DNA of 64,000 nt from Laetmonice hystrix (GCA_965235115.1 OZ249437.1:3906001-3970000); one strand, 5' to 3'. Counted from the stretch's first letter, positions 15,601 through 30,600 are shown. The notes: generated by a model from the sequence alone, not told the origin. Program-made: numbers and translations.

Positions 15601-18600
15601 ACGGACGGTTAGCGAAGGGCCCTGAAACAGACGGGCCCCACCAGGGGGCGGGCGCGTCAGCTGCGTCCACGGAAGCAGCCGTCGCCGCTCCCATGTCGAC
15701 TCGTGGCTGCCCGAGGAAGGGAGCGCCGTCCCCCTCCGTGGCTGCCCAAGCAAGGGGGCGTCACCCCCCCCCCCCCCCAAAAAAAAAAAAAAACTGTACC
15801 ACCATTTTACCGCATCCCGGTCAGCGCCGCCCCGTCCCTATCTTTCCACCAGCCTTGTTGTTACCAAGGTGATCTCGGTCCACTAGCCTTGTTGTTACCA
15901 AGGTGATCTCGGTCCACCAGCCTTGTTGTTGCCAAGGTGATCTCGGTCCACCAACCTTGTTGTTACCAAGGTGATCTCGGTCCACCAGCCTTGTTGTTAC
16001 CAAGGTAATCTCGGTCCACCAGCCTTGTTGTTACCAAGGTGATCTCGGTCCACCAGCCTTGTTGTTACCAAGGTGATCTCGGTCCACCAACCTTGTTGTT
16101 ACCAAGGTGATCTCGGTCCACCAACCTTGTTGTTACCAAGGTGATCTCGGTCCACCAGCCTTGTTGTTGCCAAGGTGATCTCGGTCCACCAACCTTGTTG
16201 TTACCAAGGTAATCTTGGTCCACCAACCTTGTTGTTACCAAGGTGATCTCGGTCCACCAGCCTTGTTGTTACCAAGGTGATCTCGGTCCACCAGCCTTGT
16301 TGTTACCAAGGTGATCTCGGTCCACCAGCCGTCTTGTTACCAAGGTGATCTCGGTCCACCAGCCTTGTTGTTACCAAGGTGATCTCGGTCCACCAGCCTT
16401 GTTGTTACCAAGGTGATCTCGGTCCACCAGCCTTGTTGTTACCAAGGTGATCTCGGTCCACCAACCTTGTTGTTACCAAGGTGATCTCGGTCCACCAACC
16501 TTGTTGTTACCAAGGTGATCTCGGTCCACCAGCCTTGTTGTTACCAAGGTGATCTCGGTCCACCAACCTTGTTGTTACCAAGGTGATCTCGGTCCACCAA
16601 CCTTGTTGTTACCAAGGTGATCTCGGTCCACCAGCCTTGTTGTTACCAAGGTGATCTCGGTCCACCAGCCTTGTTGTTACCAAGGTGATCTCGGTCCACC
16701 AGCCGTCTTGTTACCAAGGTGATCTCGGTCCACCAGCCTTGTTGTTACCAAGGTGATCTCGGTCCACCAGCCTTGTTGTTACCAAGGTGATCTCGGTCCA
16801 CCAGCCTTGTTGTTACCAAGGTGATCTCGGTCCACCAACCTTGTTGTTACCAAGGTGATCTCGGTCCACCAACCTTGTTGTTACCAAGGTGATCTCGGTC
16901 CACCAGCCTTGTTGTTACCAAGGTGATCTCGGTCCACCAACCTTGTTGTTACCAAGGTGATCTCGGTCCACCAACCTTGTTGTTACCAAGGTGATCTCGG
17001 TCCACCAGCCTTGTTGTTACCAAGGTGATCTCGGACTCCAATATAAACTAATCTCGGTTACCTTCCGTAAATCCGCTGTGAAAAGTCTCGGCTTGTTTAA
17101 TCTAATAAGGGAGCGTCCATCTGTCGAGATTAGGGTTGTCTACCCCCCCCCCCCCCCCCGAGCCGGTCCGAGTCGGGTAGAGCAGTATTAGCGACCGTGA
17201 TTGACAACACAGACGAGAGGTGTCGCTGGGGTGACATTTGGTATAAAGGGAAATAGAAAATAATAATGGCGAACCAGTGAGGTTGAAATAAATCAGTCCA
17301 GGGTAATGAATCCAACGAGAATCATTCAGAATGTTTTTATCAACATCCAGAATACAAAAATAGACATTATAAATGATATAACTTTGAACCTCTAGGCCTA
17401 ACTTTAATGTATGTTATTCAGGAAGCAGATTGTCCTTGCCAATAAAACTGCACGGTCAATTACTGCCTTGAAGTGAACAATTACAAACTAACTGTTTGTC
17501 TGGTTGTACTGATAGTAACGATGTCATTTACAACCGCTCCAGCCGCCATGCTGACTCTAGAGTAGTTCATCTCCCAGCCACCATGACCGTACACTGTCGA
17601 TCAATGTCCGACTAATGCTAGCACACCCTCGCCACGACGTCAAGCAAAGGTTGAAAGGGGGAACGAGGCCAAGTACTTGGGGAAACTTTTATCGTGTGAC
17701 TAGGCTGTACAAAGAATTAATGTAGGTGGTACGAGTTAAGTGCGGTGTGTTAAGTGCGGTGTGTTAAGTGCGGTGTGTTAAGTGCGGTGTGTTAAGTGCG
17801 GTGGGTTAAGTGCGGTGGGTTGAGTGCGGTGTGTGTATAATTGACTGACGTGGGGGGATGTAATGATCACGGCACAATTACAAGAAGTTCACAGCAAGAC
17901 TGCGATGACCATATATGTTGGTACAGTGGTGGCACCACCGGCACCACCGGCACCACCACCACCACCACCGCCACCACCACTTGCTCCCTTGTTTCGGACG
18001 TGGATGTTGCCAGCTGACGCCACAGATGCAAGCTCCCCTCATTGATTACACCCCCATGTACCCCCCCCACCCCCACCCCCACCCCCACCCCCCACCCCCA
18101 TTATCAGCCCTCACTCGAGCTGAGCTCCACAAGATAAGGTCGCCAGATTAAGCTGGGACCCATGTTACCGGCACAGGTGTCGATGAAGTGTCTCACGCAC
18201 GCAGACAGGTAAACTCATAATCCGGCTTAACCTGCCACCTACCCTCCTGTATGATCTCCCCAACCACCCCCATCGAGTCAACCCCTCCCCGCCCCCCCCC
18301 CACCCGCCAGGGACTACCCCCCTACCCCTATACCCAGTCAGGGGCACGTCCCACTTCGGCCCTATGGCGAGCCGAAATGGCAACAATTGAGTTTTATTGT
18401 GTCATGTAAACATTGTGACACGGTCCGAGTCCGGCCGGCCGGGGGGGGGGGGGGCTGTCTGCCCCCTCCCCCCCCCCCCCCCCCCACCGGCTTTACCACG
18501 CCGAGCCCGCCCGGAGCGCCCGTAATTGTGTTCCCAAATGAACATATGCCAGCCCCACCGGGATCAATAGAGCCTCGAGATCCGTATTTACGCCGGTCAC

Positions 18601-21600
18601 TGGACACAACAATATTCTCTGACTTACCCAGCACAGTAAGCACAGCTCCCCGGCATTGTAACCATAGCTATCTGACATTGTAGCCATAGCTATCCGACAT
18701 TGTAACCATAGCTATCAGACATTGTAGCCATAGCTATCCGACATTGTAACCATAGCTATCCGGCATTGTAACCATAGCTATCTGACATTGTAGCCATAGC
18801 TATCCGACATTGTAACCATAGCTATCAGACATTGTAGCCATAGCTATCCGACATTGTAACCATAGCTATCCGGCATTGTAACCATAGCTATCAGACATTG
18901 TAGCCATAGCTATCCGACATTGTAACCATAGCTATCCGACATTGTAACCATAGCTATCAGACATTGTAACCATAGCTATCCGACATTGTAACCATACCTA
19001 TCCGACATTGTAACCATACCTATCCGACATTGTAACCATAGCTATCCGACATTGTAACCATACCTATCCGACATTGTAACCATAGCTAAGCGACATTGTA
19101 ACCACAGCTATCCGACATTGTAACCATACCTATCCGACATTGTAACCATAGCTATCAGACATTGTAACCATAGCTAAGCGACATTGTAACCACAGCTATC
19201 AGACACTGTAACCACACCTTACATTGTAACCATAGCTATCCGACATTGTAACCACAGCTATCCGATATTGTAACCACACCTCCCTTTTAAACTGTACCCC
19301 GGCACCGGGGGTTACCCCTTCACCGGGGTTATACCCCTTCACCGGAGGTTATACCCCTAGACCGGGGGTTATACTCCTTCACCGGGGGTTATACCCCTGG
19401 TCGTCGTAAAGTCGTTACTATGATAACGTCACATGGCAGGAAACACAAACAGAACGTGACTTGGGTTCCTGTCCAGTAAAAGGTTTCTAAACATTGGCTA
19501 CAACAGAACACTTTATTTCTGAATGAACAACCCCCCCCCCCCCCAAACCCCCACCCCCACCCATTCCCCCACCCCCACCCCCACCCTACCATACCCCCAC
19601 CCTCCACCAGCAGTACTACCACCATCTCAACAACACCAAGGAGTGGTTCAGACAGTTTCCCGCACTTTAAGGAAGTAGTAAGTAGTATATAGAAATGGTC
19701 AAAAGTAGCGGTTTGAGGAAGCAGTAAGTAGTATATAGAAATGGTCAAAAGTAGCGGTTTGAGGAAGCAGTAAGTAGTATATAGAAATGGTCGAAAGTAG
19801 CCGTTTGAGGAAGTAGTAAGTAGTACATAGAAATGGTCGAAAGTAGCGGTTTGAGGAAGCAGTAAGTAGTATATAGAAATGGTCGAAAGTAGCGGTTTGA
19901 GGAAGCAGTAAGTAGTATATAGAAATGGTCGAAAGTAGCCGTTTGAGGAAGTAGTAAGTAGTACATAGAAATGGTCGAAAGTAGCGGTTTGAGGAAGCAG
20001 TAAGTAGTATATAGAAATGGTCGAAAGTAGCGGTTTGAGGAAGCAGTAAGTAGTATATAGAAATGGTCGAAAGTAGCCGTTTGAGGAAGTAGTAAGTAGT
20101 ACATAGAAATGGTCGAAAGTAGCGGTCGAAAGTTACGGTTTGGGGAAGTAATAAGTAGTATATAGAAATGGTCGAAAGTTACGGGTTCCAAGCTCAGGGT
20201 TGTCGAGCGAGTAGTGTGTGGAAAGGGACCATTGGCGCCGGTTGGCACGCGCTCAACTCCCACCGACCAGCCGGGAACTCCCACCGACCAGCCGGGAACT
20301 CCCACCGACCAGACGAACCGAGGCTAACGATGATTATTTTATCAGTGAAGGAGGACAGGTGAATAACCGAAGGGTTGTATCTTTTCTATTGGCGGCATTA
20401 TGCTGTAGCAATGCATTTATCAACCCCCTTTCTGACTGGGTTGCCCCGACGCTGGATAGTGGACTAGATACATTTTAATCTCTACATTATTCAGACTGAA
20501 ATTGGCATAATAAGTTTGACATAAGGTAGAGTCTGGAGTTGTTTATCATACGGCCCAGGAATTGCCAGCCGGTATAGGATGTCAGTGTGAACGCGGACAG
20601 GTACGAGATATCGGCACAGCTGAGGTGAGCTGTCATGGTAGTTGGCAAGTAGTGGGACGCGATTGGTAACTTCACAATGGTGGACGGAGTGAACTAGGCG
20701 TCAGCCTGCCATACAGCAGGCAGGGACGGAGTGAACTAGGCGTCAGCCTGTCATACAGCAGGCAGGGACGGAGTGAACTAGGCGCCAGCGGGCCATACAG
20801 CAGGCAGGGACGGAGTGAACTAGGCGTGCCATACAGCAGGCAGGGACGGAGTGAACTAGGCGTCAGCCTGCCATACAGCAGGCAGGGACGGAGTGAACTA
20901 GGCGCCAGCCTGCCATACAGCAGGCAGGGACGGAGTGAACTAGGCGTCAGCCTGCCATACAGCAGGCAGGGACGGAGTGAACTAGGCGTCAGCCTGTCAG
21001 ACAGCAGGCAGGGACGGAGTGAACTAGGCGTGCCATACAGCAGGCAGGGACGGAGTGAACTAGGCGCCAGCGTGCCATACAGCAGGCAGGGACGGAGTGA
21101 ACTAGGCGTGCCATACAGCAGGCAGGGACGGAGTGAACTAGGCGTGCCATACAGCAGGCAGGGACGGAGTGAGCTAGGCATGCCATACAGCAGCCAGGGA
21201 CGGAGTGAACTAGGCGTCAGCCTGCCATACAGCAGGCAGGGACGGAGTGAACTAGGCGTGCCATACAGCAGGCAGGGACGGAGTGAACTAGGCGCCAGCG
21301 TGCCATACAACAGGCCGGGACGGAGTGAACTAGGCATGGCATACAGCAGGCAGGGATGGAGTGAACTAGGCGTGTCATACAGCAGGCAGGGACGGAGTGA
21401 ACTAGGCGTGCCATACAGCAGGCAGGGACGGAGTGAACTAGGCGCCAGCCTGTCATACAGCAGGGAGGGACGGAGTGAACTAGGCGCCAGCGTGCCATAC
21501 AACAGGCCGGGACGGAGTGAACTAGGCATGGCATACAGCAGGCAGGGACGGAGTGAACTAGGCATGGCATACAGCAGGCAGGGACGGAGTGAACTAGGCA

Positions 21601-24600
21601 TGGCATACAGCAGGCAGGGACGGAGTGAACTAGGCGTGCCATACAGCAGGCAGGGACGGAGTGAACTAGGCATGGCATACAGCAGGCAGGGACGGAGTGA
21701 ACTAGGCATGCCATACAGCAGGCAGGGACGGAGTGAACTAGGCGTGCCATACAGCAGGCAGGGACGGAGTGAACTAGGCGTGCCATACAGCAGGGAGGGA
21801 CACACATCACTTTTAAACAAGGTTTTAGGGCCGGTATCGGAAACGTTTACATGTGGCTTTGTGTAGAGGACATGGATGGTATGACCACTGTCCCAACGTC
21901 ACGACGTCTGCACGTCACTCTACAATATTTAACAAGGCTACACAAGTAATAACAGTATACTTAGCCAGCTTTCCCCGTCAACGCCTCCACGATCACTTGG
22001 AACCTCCATGGTTCGTGTTTAACTGTTATTTAAATACATGTAACGGATACGTTAATAAGGACATTCGCCATAAATATTGCATTGAATAATGACAGAAATA
22101 TTAGACACCGCCAGATCTGGAGTACAAAATATATATAAGGAGTATTATATTTTGTGACTGTAAGTTAGGGTCCATCATGTAGACGTGGGGGCAGCCTCCT
22201 GGACGGGTCGGTGTAACCCCAGGTATTATATTTTGTGACTGTAGGTTAGGGTCCATCATGTAGACGTGGGGGGGACCAGCCTCCCGGAGGGGTCGGTGAA
22301 CTCCAGGTATTATATTTTGTGACTGTAGGTTAGGGTCGGCCATGTAGACGTGGGGGGACCAGCCTCCCGGAGGAGTCGGTGAACTCCAGGTATTGTATTT
22401 TGTGACTGTAGGTTAGGGTCGGCCATGTAGACGTGGGGGGACCAGCCTCCCGGAGGGGTCGGTGAACTCCAGGTATTATATTTTGTGACTGTAGGTTAGG
22501 GTCCATCATGTAGACGTGGGGGGGACCAGCCTCCCGGAGGGGTCGGTGAACTCCAGGTGTTATATTTTGTGACTGTAGGTTAGGGTCGGCCATGTTGACG
22601 TGGGGGACCAGCCTCCCGTACGGGTCGGTGTAACTCCAGGTATTATATTTTGTGACTGTAGGTTAGGGTCCATCATGTAGACGTGGGGGGGGACCAGCCT
22701 CCCGGAGGGGTCGGTGAACTCCAGGTATTATATTTTGTGACTGTAGGTTAGGGTCGGCCATGTAGACGTGGGGGGACCAGCCTCCCGGAGGAGTCGGTGA
22801 ACTCCAGGTATTGTATTTTGTGACTGTAGGTTAGGGTCGGCCATGTAGACGTGGGGGGACCAGCCTCCCGGAGGGGTCGGTGAACTCCAGGTATTATATT
22901 TTGTGACTGTAGGTTAGGGTCCATCATGTAGACGTGGGGGGGGACCAGCCTCCCGGAGGGGTCGGTGAACTCCAGGTATTATATTTTGTGACTGTAGGTT
23001 AGGGTCGGCCATGTAGACGTGGGGGGACCAGCCTCCCGGAGGGGTCGGTGTAACTCCAGGTATTATATTTTGTGACTGTAGGTTAGGGTCGGCCATGTAG
23101 ACGTGGGGGGACCAGCCTCCCGGAGGGGTCGGTGAACTCCAGGTATTATATTTTGTGACTGTAGGTTAGGGTCGGCCATGTAGACGTGGGGGGACCAGCC
23201 TCCCGGAGGGGTCGGTGAACTCCAGGTATTATATTTTGTGACTGTAGGTTAGGGTCGGCCATGTAGACGTGGGGGACCAGCCTCCCGGAGGGGTCGGTGT
23301 AACTCCAGGTATTATATTTTGTGACTGTAGGTTAGGGTCGGCCATGTAGACGTGGGGGGACCAGCCTCCCGGAGGGGTCGGTGAACTCCAGGTATTATAT
23401 TTTGTGACTGTAGGTTAGGGTCCATCATGTAGACGTGGGGGGGACCAGCCTCCCGGAGGGGTCGGTGAACTCCAGGTATTATATTTTGTGACTGTAGGTT
23501 AGGGTCCATCATGTAGACGTGGGGGGGACCAGCCTCCCGGAGGGGTCGGTGAACTCCAGGTATTATATTTTGTGACTGTAGGTTAGGGTCGGCCATGTAG
23601 ACGTGGGGGGACCAGCCTCCCGGAGGGGTCGGTGAACTCCAGGTATTATATTTTGTGACTGTAGGTTAGGGTCGGCCATGTAGACGTGGGGGGACCAGCC
23701 TCCCGGAGGGGTCGGTGAACTCCAGGTATTATATTTTGTGACTGTAGGTTAGGGTCGGCCATGTAGACGTGGGGGGACCAGCCTCCCGGAGGGGTCGGTG
23801 TAACTCCAGGTATTATATTTTGTGACTGTAGGTTAGGGTCGGCCATGTAGACGTGGGGGGACCAGCCTCCCGGAGGGGTCGGTGAACTCCAGGTATTATA
23901 TTTTGTGACTGTAGGTTAGGGTCCATCATGTAGACGTGGGGGGGACCAGCCTCCCGGAGGGGTCGGTGAACTCCAGGTATTATATTTTGTGACTGTAGGT
24001 TAGGGTCCATCATGTAGACGTGGGGGGGACCAGCCTCCCGGAGGGGTCGGTGAACTCCAGGTATTATATTTTGTGACTGTAGGTTAGGGTCGGCCATGTA
24101 GACGTGGGGGGACCAGCCTCCCGGAGGGGTCGGTGAACTCCAGGTATTATATTTTGTGACTGTAGGTTAGGGTCCACCATGTAGACGTGGGGGGACCAGC
24201 CTCCCGGAGGGGTCGGTGTAACTCCAGGTATTATATTTTGTGACTGTAGGTTAGGGTCCACCATGTAGACGTGGGGGGACCAGCCTCCCGGAGGGGTCGG
24301 TGTAACTCCAGGTATTATATTTTGTGACTGTAGGTTAGGGTCGGCCATGTAGACGTGGGGGGGGGACCAGCCTCCCGGAGGGGTCGGTGTAACTCCAGGT
24401 ATTATATTTTGTGACTGTAGGTTAGGGTCGGCCATGTAGACGTGGGGGGACCAGCCTCCCGGAGGGGTCGGTGTAACTCCAGGTATTATATTTTGTGACT
24501 GTAGGTTAGGGTCAGCCATGTAGACGTGGGGGGACCAGCCTCCCGGAGGGGTCGGTGTAACTCCAGGTATTATATTTTGTGACTGTAAGTTAGGGTCCAT

Positions 24601-27600
24601 CATGTACACGTGGGGGGACCAGCCTCCCGGAGGGGTCGGTGTAACTCGAGGTGTGACTGTAGGTTAGGGTCGGCCATGTAGACGTGGGGGGACCAGCCTC
24701 CCGGAGGGGTCGGTGAACTCCAGGTAGCTGGGAGCGGGCGGACGTTGCCAGGCGAGTCGGGGCATGTTATCGATCTATGTGGTAGCGGTGGTGAGGAGGG
24801 GGGGGGGGGCGCCTGGCCCGGTCTGACTCAGCCCGGCCGTGGGGAGTCAGTTCTCCTGAAGGGGAGGGGTGCTCCCTCCAGCCAGCCAGCCAGTCACTCA
24901 TACCCCCCCCCCCCCCACAACATCCACCCCAGACCAGCACCCCACCACAGGGGTGTGCTCCGTGCCCCTGGTCCATCCACCTTGTGGCGGTGGTGTTCAT
25001 CAAACCAACCACGAGCGGTGACAGGCACGCGGGGTGTCACCCCCCCTGCACGCCCCCCCCCCCCCATCCACTAACACACACCGCCTTGCGCCCCCCCCCC
25101 CCCCACCACTCAGCGCTGTCTTCACGTCAGGTACAACCTCTGGGGAGCAGGATGCGCATATGGCACCCTGGACATAACCCATGTTTTCATAAATTCCTCC
25201 TGCCGTCCCGTGGACGCTGCGTGGCAAGCTGAATGAATTGGGCGCCGTCACCGCCAGATGTAAGCCACACCCGCCAGCTCATGTTGGCCCGATTGGTGGC
25301 GCCCCCTACGGGTCGGCACGGTACGGGGCCAGGCCCGGGCCGTCTGCCCGGCCGCCATGCAGTGAGCAGATGATGATGAATGGTTTGCCGATGCCGGGAA
25401 TTGTTTGCTCTGTGCCCGGCCAACACTAACGGTAATCTTGGCCTGCTCTGCCACCACTTGTGGCCATGCAAAATGCATGAGATTTGGCTCTGACGACAGG
25501 CTCCTGCGCACCTCCCATCTCCCCCCTCCTCCACCCTCCGGCTCGGCAGTCCTGTCTGCTCCTTCTTGCTACCCATAATGTCCCAATAACTAACCAACCC
25601 TACACGGTGTTTCCAGGGAAACCTCACCATCCTTGCCCTCACATGGTCACAACTGTCCCGAACTGACTCACTACCTCTATGGAGGCCTAAAATTTCCGCT
25701 CTGCTATTTGCTCACTATTTTACACACTCATTGCCCTTTGCTGTGACACCCAGCCTGGTTACCACGAGTAGATACTGTAGTTACACATTGGCCCTCCCTC
25801 CACACTGCGTGCCCTTTCCCACCTAGTCACGGGCGACAGAGTCGTTGCTGACGTGGAAAGGTTTCAAATATCATGCTGTATGTATACCTCTACCTTTGTG
25901 TCTATTGTAACCTGAAACTTGCTATCTCTCCATGACACAAGACGCCAGAGAAGCACATGATGATGTCATGCCTGACCGCGTGAACCCTGACCCCCGGCCG
26001 TGGAGCAGGGAGACCCAAGCGGCCCTGCTAGAGGCCAATCCTCGATCACGGTCTATTACTGAGTGGAGAGCGGCGAGCCAGCCCGAGCCGTCAGCTGTGA
26101 CCCACCCTGGTGTCATTAGATACCCGGGGGTGACCTGAGGGGGGTGGTCTGAGGTGGGTGAGGGCGGGGGTGAGGGGCAAGGGGTCGTCTCCACTTTGGC
26201 AGCGGGCCGCCCCTCCGACCACCCGGGTTCTTGCAGCGTGATTAACATTGTCAATTACATGAACACGGATGGCAAGGCCACGGAAATTGACGGCCAGGAG
26301 GGCGCTGTCTGGGCTCCCTCCCTCCTTCCTCCCTCCTTCTTCCCTCCCTCTCTCCCCCTCCAGCCCTCCCTCGTTCCCTCCCCCTCCCTCCCCCTCCCTC
26401 CCTCCCCCTCCTCCCTCCCTCCCCCTCCTCCCTCCCTCCCTCCCTCCCTCACCGTGTGATCCCCACCCTCCACCAACAGCTCCGTGGCCCCCAACCTCCG
26501 CTGACCGAGCACCAAGACCTCATAGATTGGTATATAAACAGATCCCTCGGCTCCAACAACCTATAATTCCCGTACGACGGTGTCTTTTTTTATGTTTCAT
26601 GGCGGATTATGCTCTTGCCATTTTTCTGAGGAACAGATCGTAATTTATATCCCCGGGCAAAGCATCGTTCTTCATTAGTTGTGAGAGTAGCGGTGGGAAC
26701 AAGTGCTCCTCGCCAGACTTTAATGCAGTCAGTTTGGGACCAGTCATCTCGACGCGCCGTCGCTCTGGTTATTTCCATTTACTATCGTCTCCGCGAACTT
26801 CAATGACTAGAGGTTAGGGGCAGGGAGTAGGCAAAGGATTTTTGAAGGGGGGGGGGGGGTTCAAATGATGTTACGCTGAGGGAAGTACCATAAATCCTTT
26901 CAAGTGGTATCTTCTAGCAGGACTGTAACTAAACATAGACCCTAAAAAAGCAAAAATGACATTTAAAATAAAGAATAAGTACATAAATAAATAAACGAGA
27001 TAAGGTTTCCTTTAAATATCGACATTAGGTAGGGTAGGAAAAAAATCAAGACATATAATAATTTCCTTGTCGTTGTTTTGAATGTCACCCAATAGGTGGA
27101 GAGGGGGAGTAGAGGAGGGCCTTTACATTAGGGTGAAATGGTATGGTCCTGTAGAATTTACACAAACCATTGTCATTTTCTTGACTCGAATTCGCCAAAT
27201 ATCTCTTTAACGTTATCCTCTATGTTGTATTCTGCAGACTCAACAGCCGCAGTAGCCCTACAGAGCAGCCGCACGTCGACGCCGACGTCGTTACGTAGCA
27301 GCCTGACGGTCAAGGTCAAGGCCGAGGTTGACGTTGTAATGGCAGAACGTAACGGTACAGTGAGCAGTGACGACCAACCAGTCAACATGTCCGCCGTAAC
27401 CAAGACCGAGGATCGCGGTCACCCTGAGCGCAAGCGCAGAGCCAGCGACGAGAGCCTCGATGTGAGTTGGCTATCAATATTCCACCAATGAGAAAGATCT
27501 CATGGAGGTTTTACTGGATTCCTAAATCTCTTTGCTCGTCCAGAGACAGACTTACATACCTGAAGGTCATATTAACCATGAGATCGACTCATGTCGACAT

Positions 27601-30600
27601 TGTTTGGCCTGTTTAGACTCTGTATCTCGTGCCAAAGTGACAGATATTATTGGGTACAGCATTTTGGCAAACAATGATTGTGGTCACCGGGTCTGGTGAT
27701 TGTAGCCTGTAGAGACGGCTTACAAGGTGACCCTCGGCTGGCCTTGTAAGGCCAAGTAAAAGAAAACTGGTCAGCCTCCCCGCCCGACTCTTAGAAATGT
27801 TCCCACCAATGGCCTTTAAATCTCCCTTCAAAATGTTCTCTACCAATGTCACAATGTCACAACTTAACCGCAATTCAATCAGAGTGCAGTTTGAAGCAAT
27901 GAGAATACGCTCTCCCGACCATCAAAACTCGACTAAAAGGACGTTAAGTTTTTTATATGGCCTAACTGAAGGACTGATTGCTTTCAGAGCTCAACCCGCG
28001 CCAGTGAGAGCGGCATCGGCGACGACGCCACCAAGGAAGACGACGATGACGACGACGCCGACGACGAGGAGAAGTTGGCGTCGTCGGAGTGGGATCCAGA
28101 GAGACTAAAGGCTTTCAATGTAAGCAGACGACTGGCACAGACCAAGATAGCTATAATATACCGGACCATTACTATTGTGGAACTTCAGTAGTTATCCAGT
28201 CGAGAAATTATTGTGCTAGCTGTCCCACGAAGTGATGTTGAGCTTACTATGGGTAGATACGAAGTAAGAATTGTAGCCTGAATAGCGGAGAAGAGGGGGC
28301 TTCATAGCCTGCATGGGAGCAGTGGCTAAGTTTGTGGAGGGGCGCAACAGAATTTGTGATAACCAATAATCTTATACCTCGAAAATTTATTCATAATACA
28401 ATGTAGCTAAATATACTATTACGGAAAATTGCCTCTTTCTAGAGACGATTCCCCCCCCCCCCCCCCCCCGGGGGGGGGGCTGGAATTCATCTTCGCCCAT
28501 GAGAGAAGACATCATTAATTTTATCTCATTTTAATTTTATCGCCACTGCAATGAATACAAGTTATATTCTGCCATGGTTTTATCCTGTTTCCAGATGTTT
28601 GTACGCCTATTCGTGGACGAAAATCTTGATCGCATGGTGCCAATTTCTAAACAACCCAAAGATAAAATACAAGCCATCCTTGACGCGTGTGATAGACAGT
28701 TCCCAGAATTCCACGAGAGGTCGCGGAAGCGGATACGAACGTATCTCAAGTCGTGTCGGCGCATGCGTCGATCGAAGGAGCAGAATGGCTGGGAGTCGGT
28801 ATGTATCTGTCAAGGGGCATCTATATCTAGACTCAGGCTCTGCATCATTGTTCACCTTGGGAGGGTAACTTATGAAAAAAAGGGTTGAAACAGAGCGAGA
28901 ACAATGATATATATCTATAGGGCCGCCCCTTGGTTACCAGAGACTGTGACGAGATCCGATTCTTACCATTATTTTGTATAGTAGAGATGAGTCGGGGGGC
29001 AACCGGTGAATGACGACCTCGTAATTTAATGCCCCCCCCCCCCCCCGCCTTCCTGCCAGCTTTATGCTCATTTATTTTTGCTCCCCTCAAAATCTCAAGT
29101 AAGTGGCATACACTTCGCCAAATAGAAGCGCATTGCTGCCGGGGTTGGTCATGGCTGAATTGTAAGTAAGTAGAGGGTCCTATAGCTGCAGGCTGGACTG
29201 TCGGAAAGCTCCCCAGTTATAACTGACATCCCTAGCGACCTTGTCTTGTCTTGATGGCTGATAATTACCTGTGCACGTTGGCAGGTAGCCAGGTATTACT
29301 TGAACTTGTCGTTCTGGGTCGCCCAGGTGTTATGTAATACGTTGATATGATGAACGTATTATCAGGGTGCAATGTGAGCAGGACATGCCCAGATTAGATG
29401 GTCAGAATAATGGCAGCGACTAATTACCTAGTGACGTCACCAATATGGCCGAACCATTTTGTAGTGCGAGGCCGAGACGAACGAATCGGTGACGTCGTGA
29501 CAGCGGGTGTTTTGGGCCCACAAATCATGGCGGACATACCCCCCCCCCCCTCTTGTTCTGTGTGTATTTATTGAAATCTTTCCCGCTTTAAGGACGCTCG
29601 TAGAAATAATTAACATGTTCTTTGTTTCTTATAATAGCCCCCTTGGGTTCAACAAATCCACGGCTTATAGGAGTGGGCTACAGGCCTATAAGTCGGATAG
29701 GTCACTGTGGAGTCGTTAAGGTTCTACCTCAAATAGCTACTTCCCCTGAGTCTGGTGGTCACAGAGCCTTTCGGTGTAAGAACTTTACCAGAAAACTGCC
29801 GACTATCCCAGGCTAAAACTAAAACATTAAAACCGTTGTTCGTTATCAAATAGCTATATCCCCTGAGTCTGGACACAGAGCCTTTCGGTGTAAGAACTTT
29901 ATCAGAAAACTGCCGACTATCTCAGGCTAAAACTAAAACATTAAAACCGTTGTTCGTTATCAAATAGCTATATCCCCTGAGTCTGGTCACAGAGCCTTTC
30001 GGTGTAAGAACTTTATCAGAAAACTGCCGACTTTCCCAGGCTAAAAGTAAAACTAAAACATTAAAACCGTTGTTCGTTATCAAATAGCTACTTCCCCTGA
30101 GTCTGGTCACAGAGCCTTTCAGAACTTTACCAGAAAACTGCCGACTATCCCAGGCTAAAACTAAAACATTAAAACCGTTGTTCGTTATCAAATAGCTACT
30201 TCCCCTGAGTCTGGTCACAGAGCCTTTCGGTGTAAGAACTTTATCAGAAAACTGCCGACTATCCCAGGCTAAAACTAAAACATTAAAACCGTTGTTCGTT
30301 ATCAAATAGCTACTTCCCCTGAGTCTGGTCACAGAGCCTTTCGGTGTAAGAACTTCATCAGAAAACTGCCGACTATCCCAGGCTAAAACTAAAACATTAA
30401 AACCGTTGTTCGTTATCATTAGGGCCAAGCCGTAGCCCTGGGAACGGCAACACGAGAGGAAAAAACCAAACAGAGGGTGTGAGCCTCATGTTATAAAAGC
30501 TCTCAATTAGTGACATCATTACAACATTAAATTGTCGATCACGCGGCTGTGAGTTGACACAGAGACCATCTGATGCTAACACAGTAGGTCTAGGCTACAG

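Noticed and set aside
19745-20305. 186-aa ORF, and similar ORFs at 24064-24609, 29922-30428 and 63387-63875
   Set aside because: All are periodic [12 protein letters not shown] of minisatellites.
20683-21796. Unit begins GGACGGAG, like the miR-184 5' end
   Set aside because: The match stops after 8-9 nt and there is no pre-miRNA hairpin.
20672-21866. Long ORFs on both strands (382 aa, 346 aa)
   Set aside because: They are [12 protein letters not shown] of a 36/42-bp minisatellite whose units are multiples of 3. There are no splice signals, signal peptide or non-repeat domain.
15846-24724. Regular repeat arrays superficially like CRISPR
   Set aside because: Units are head-to-tail with no unique spacers, there are no cas genes, and they lie in a spliceosomal intron of a eukaryotic gene.
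22141-24724. TTAGGG in each 83-bp unit as interstitial telomere
   Set aside because: Only one hexamer per unit, never tandem.
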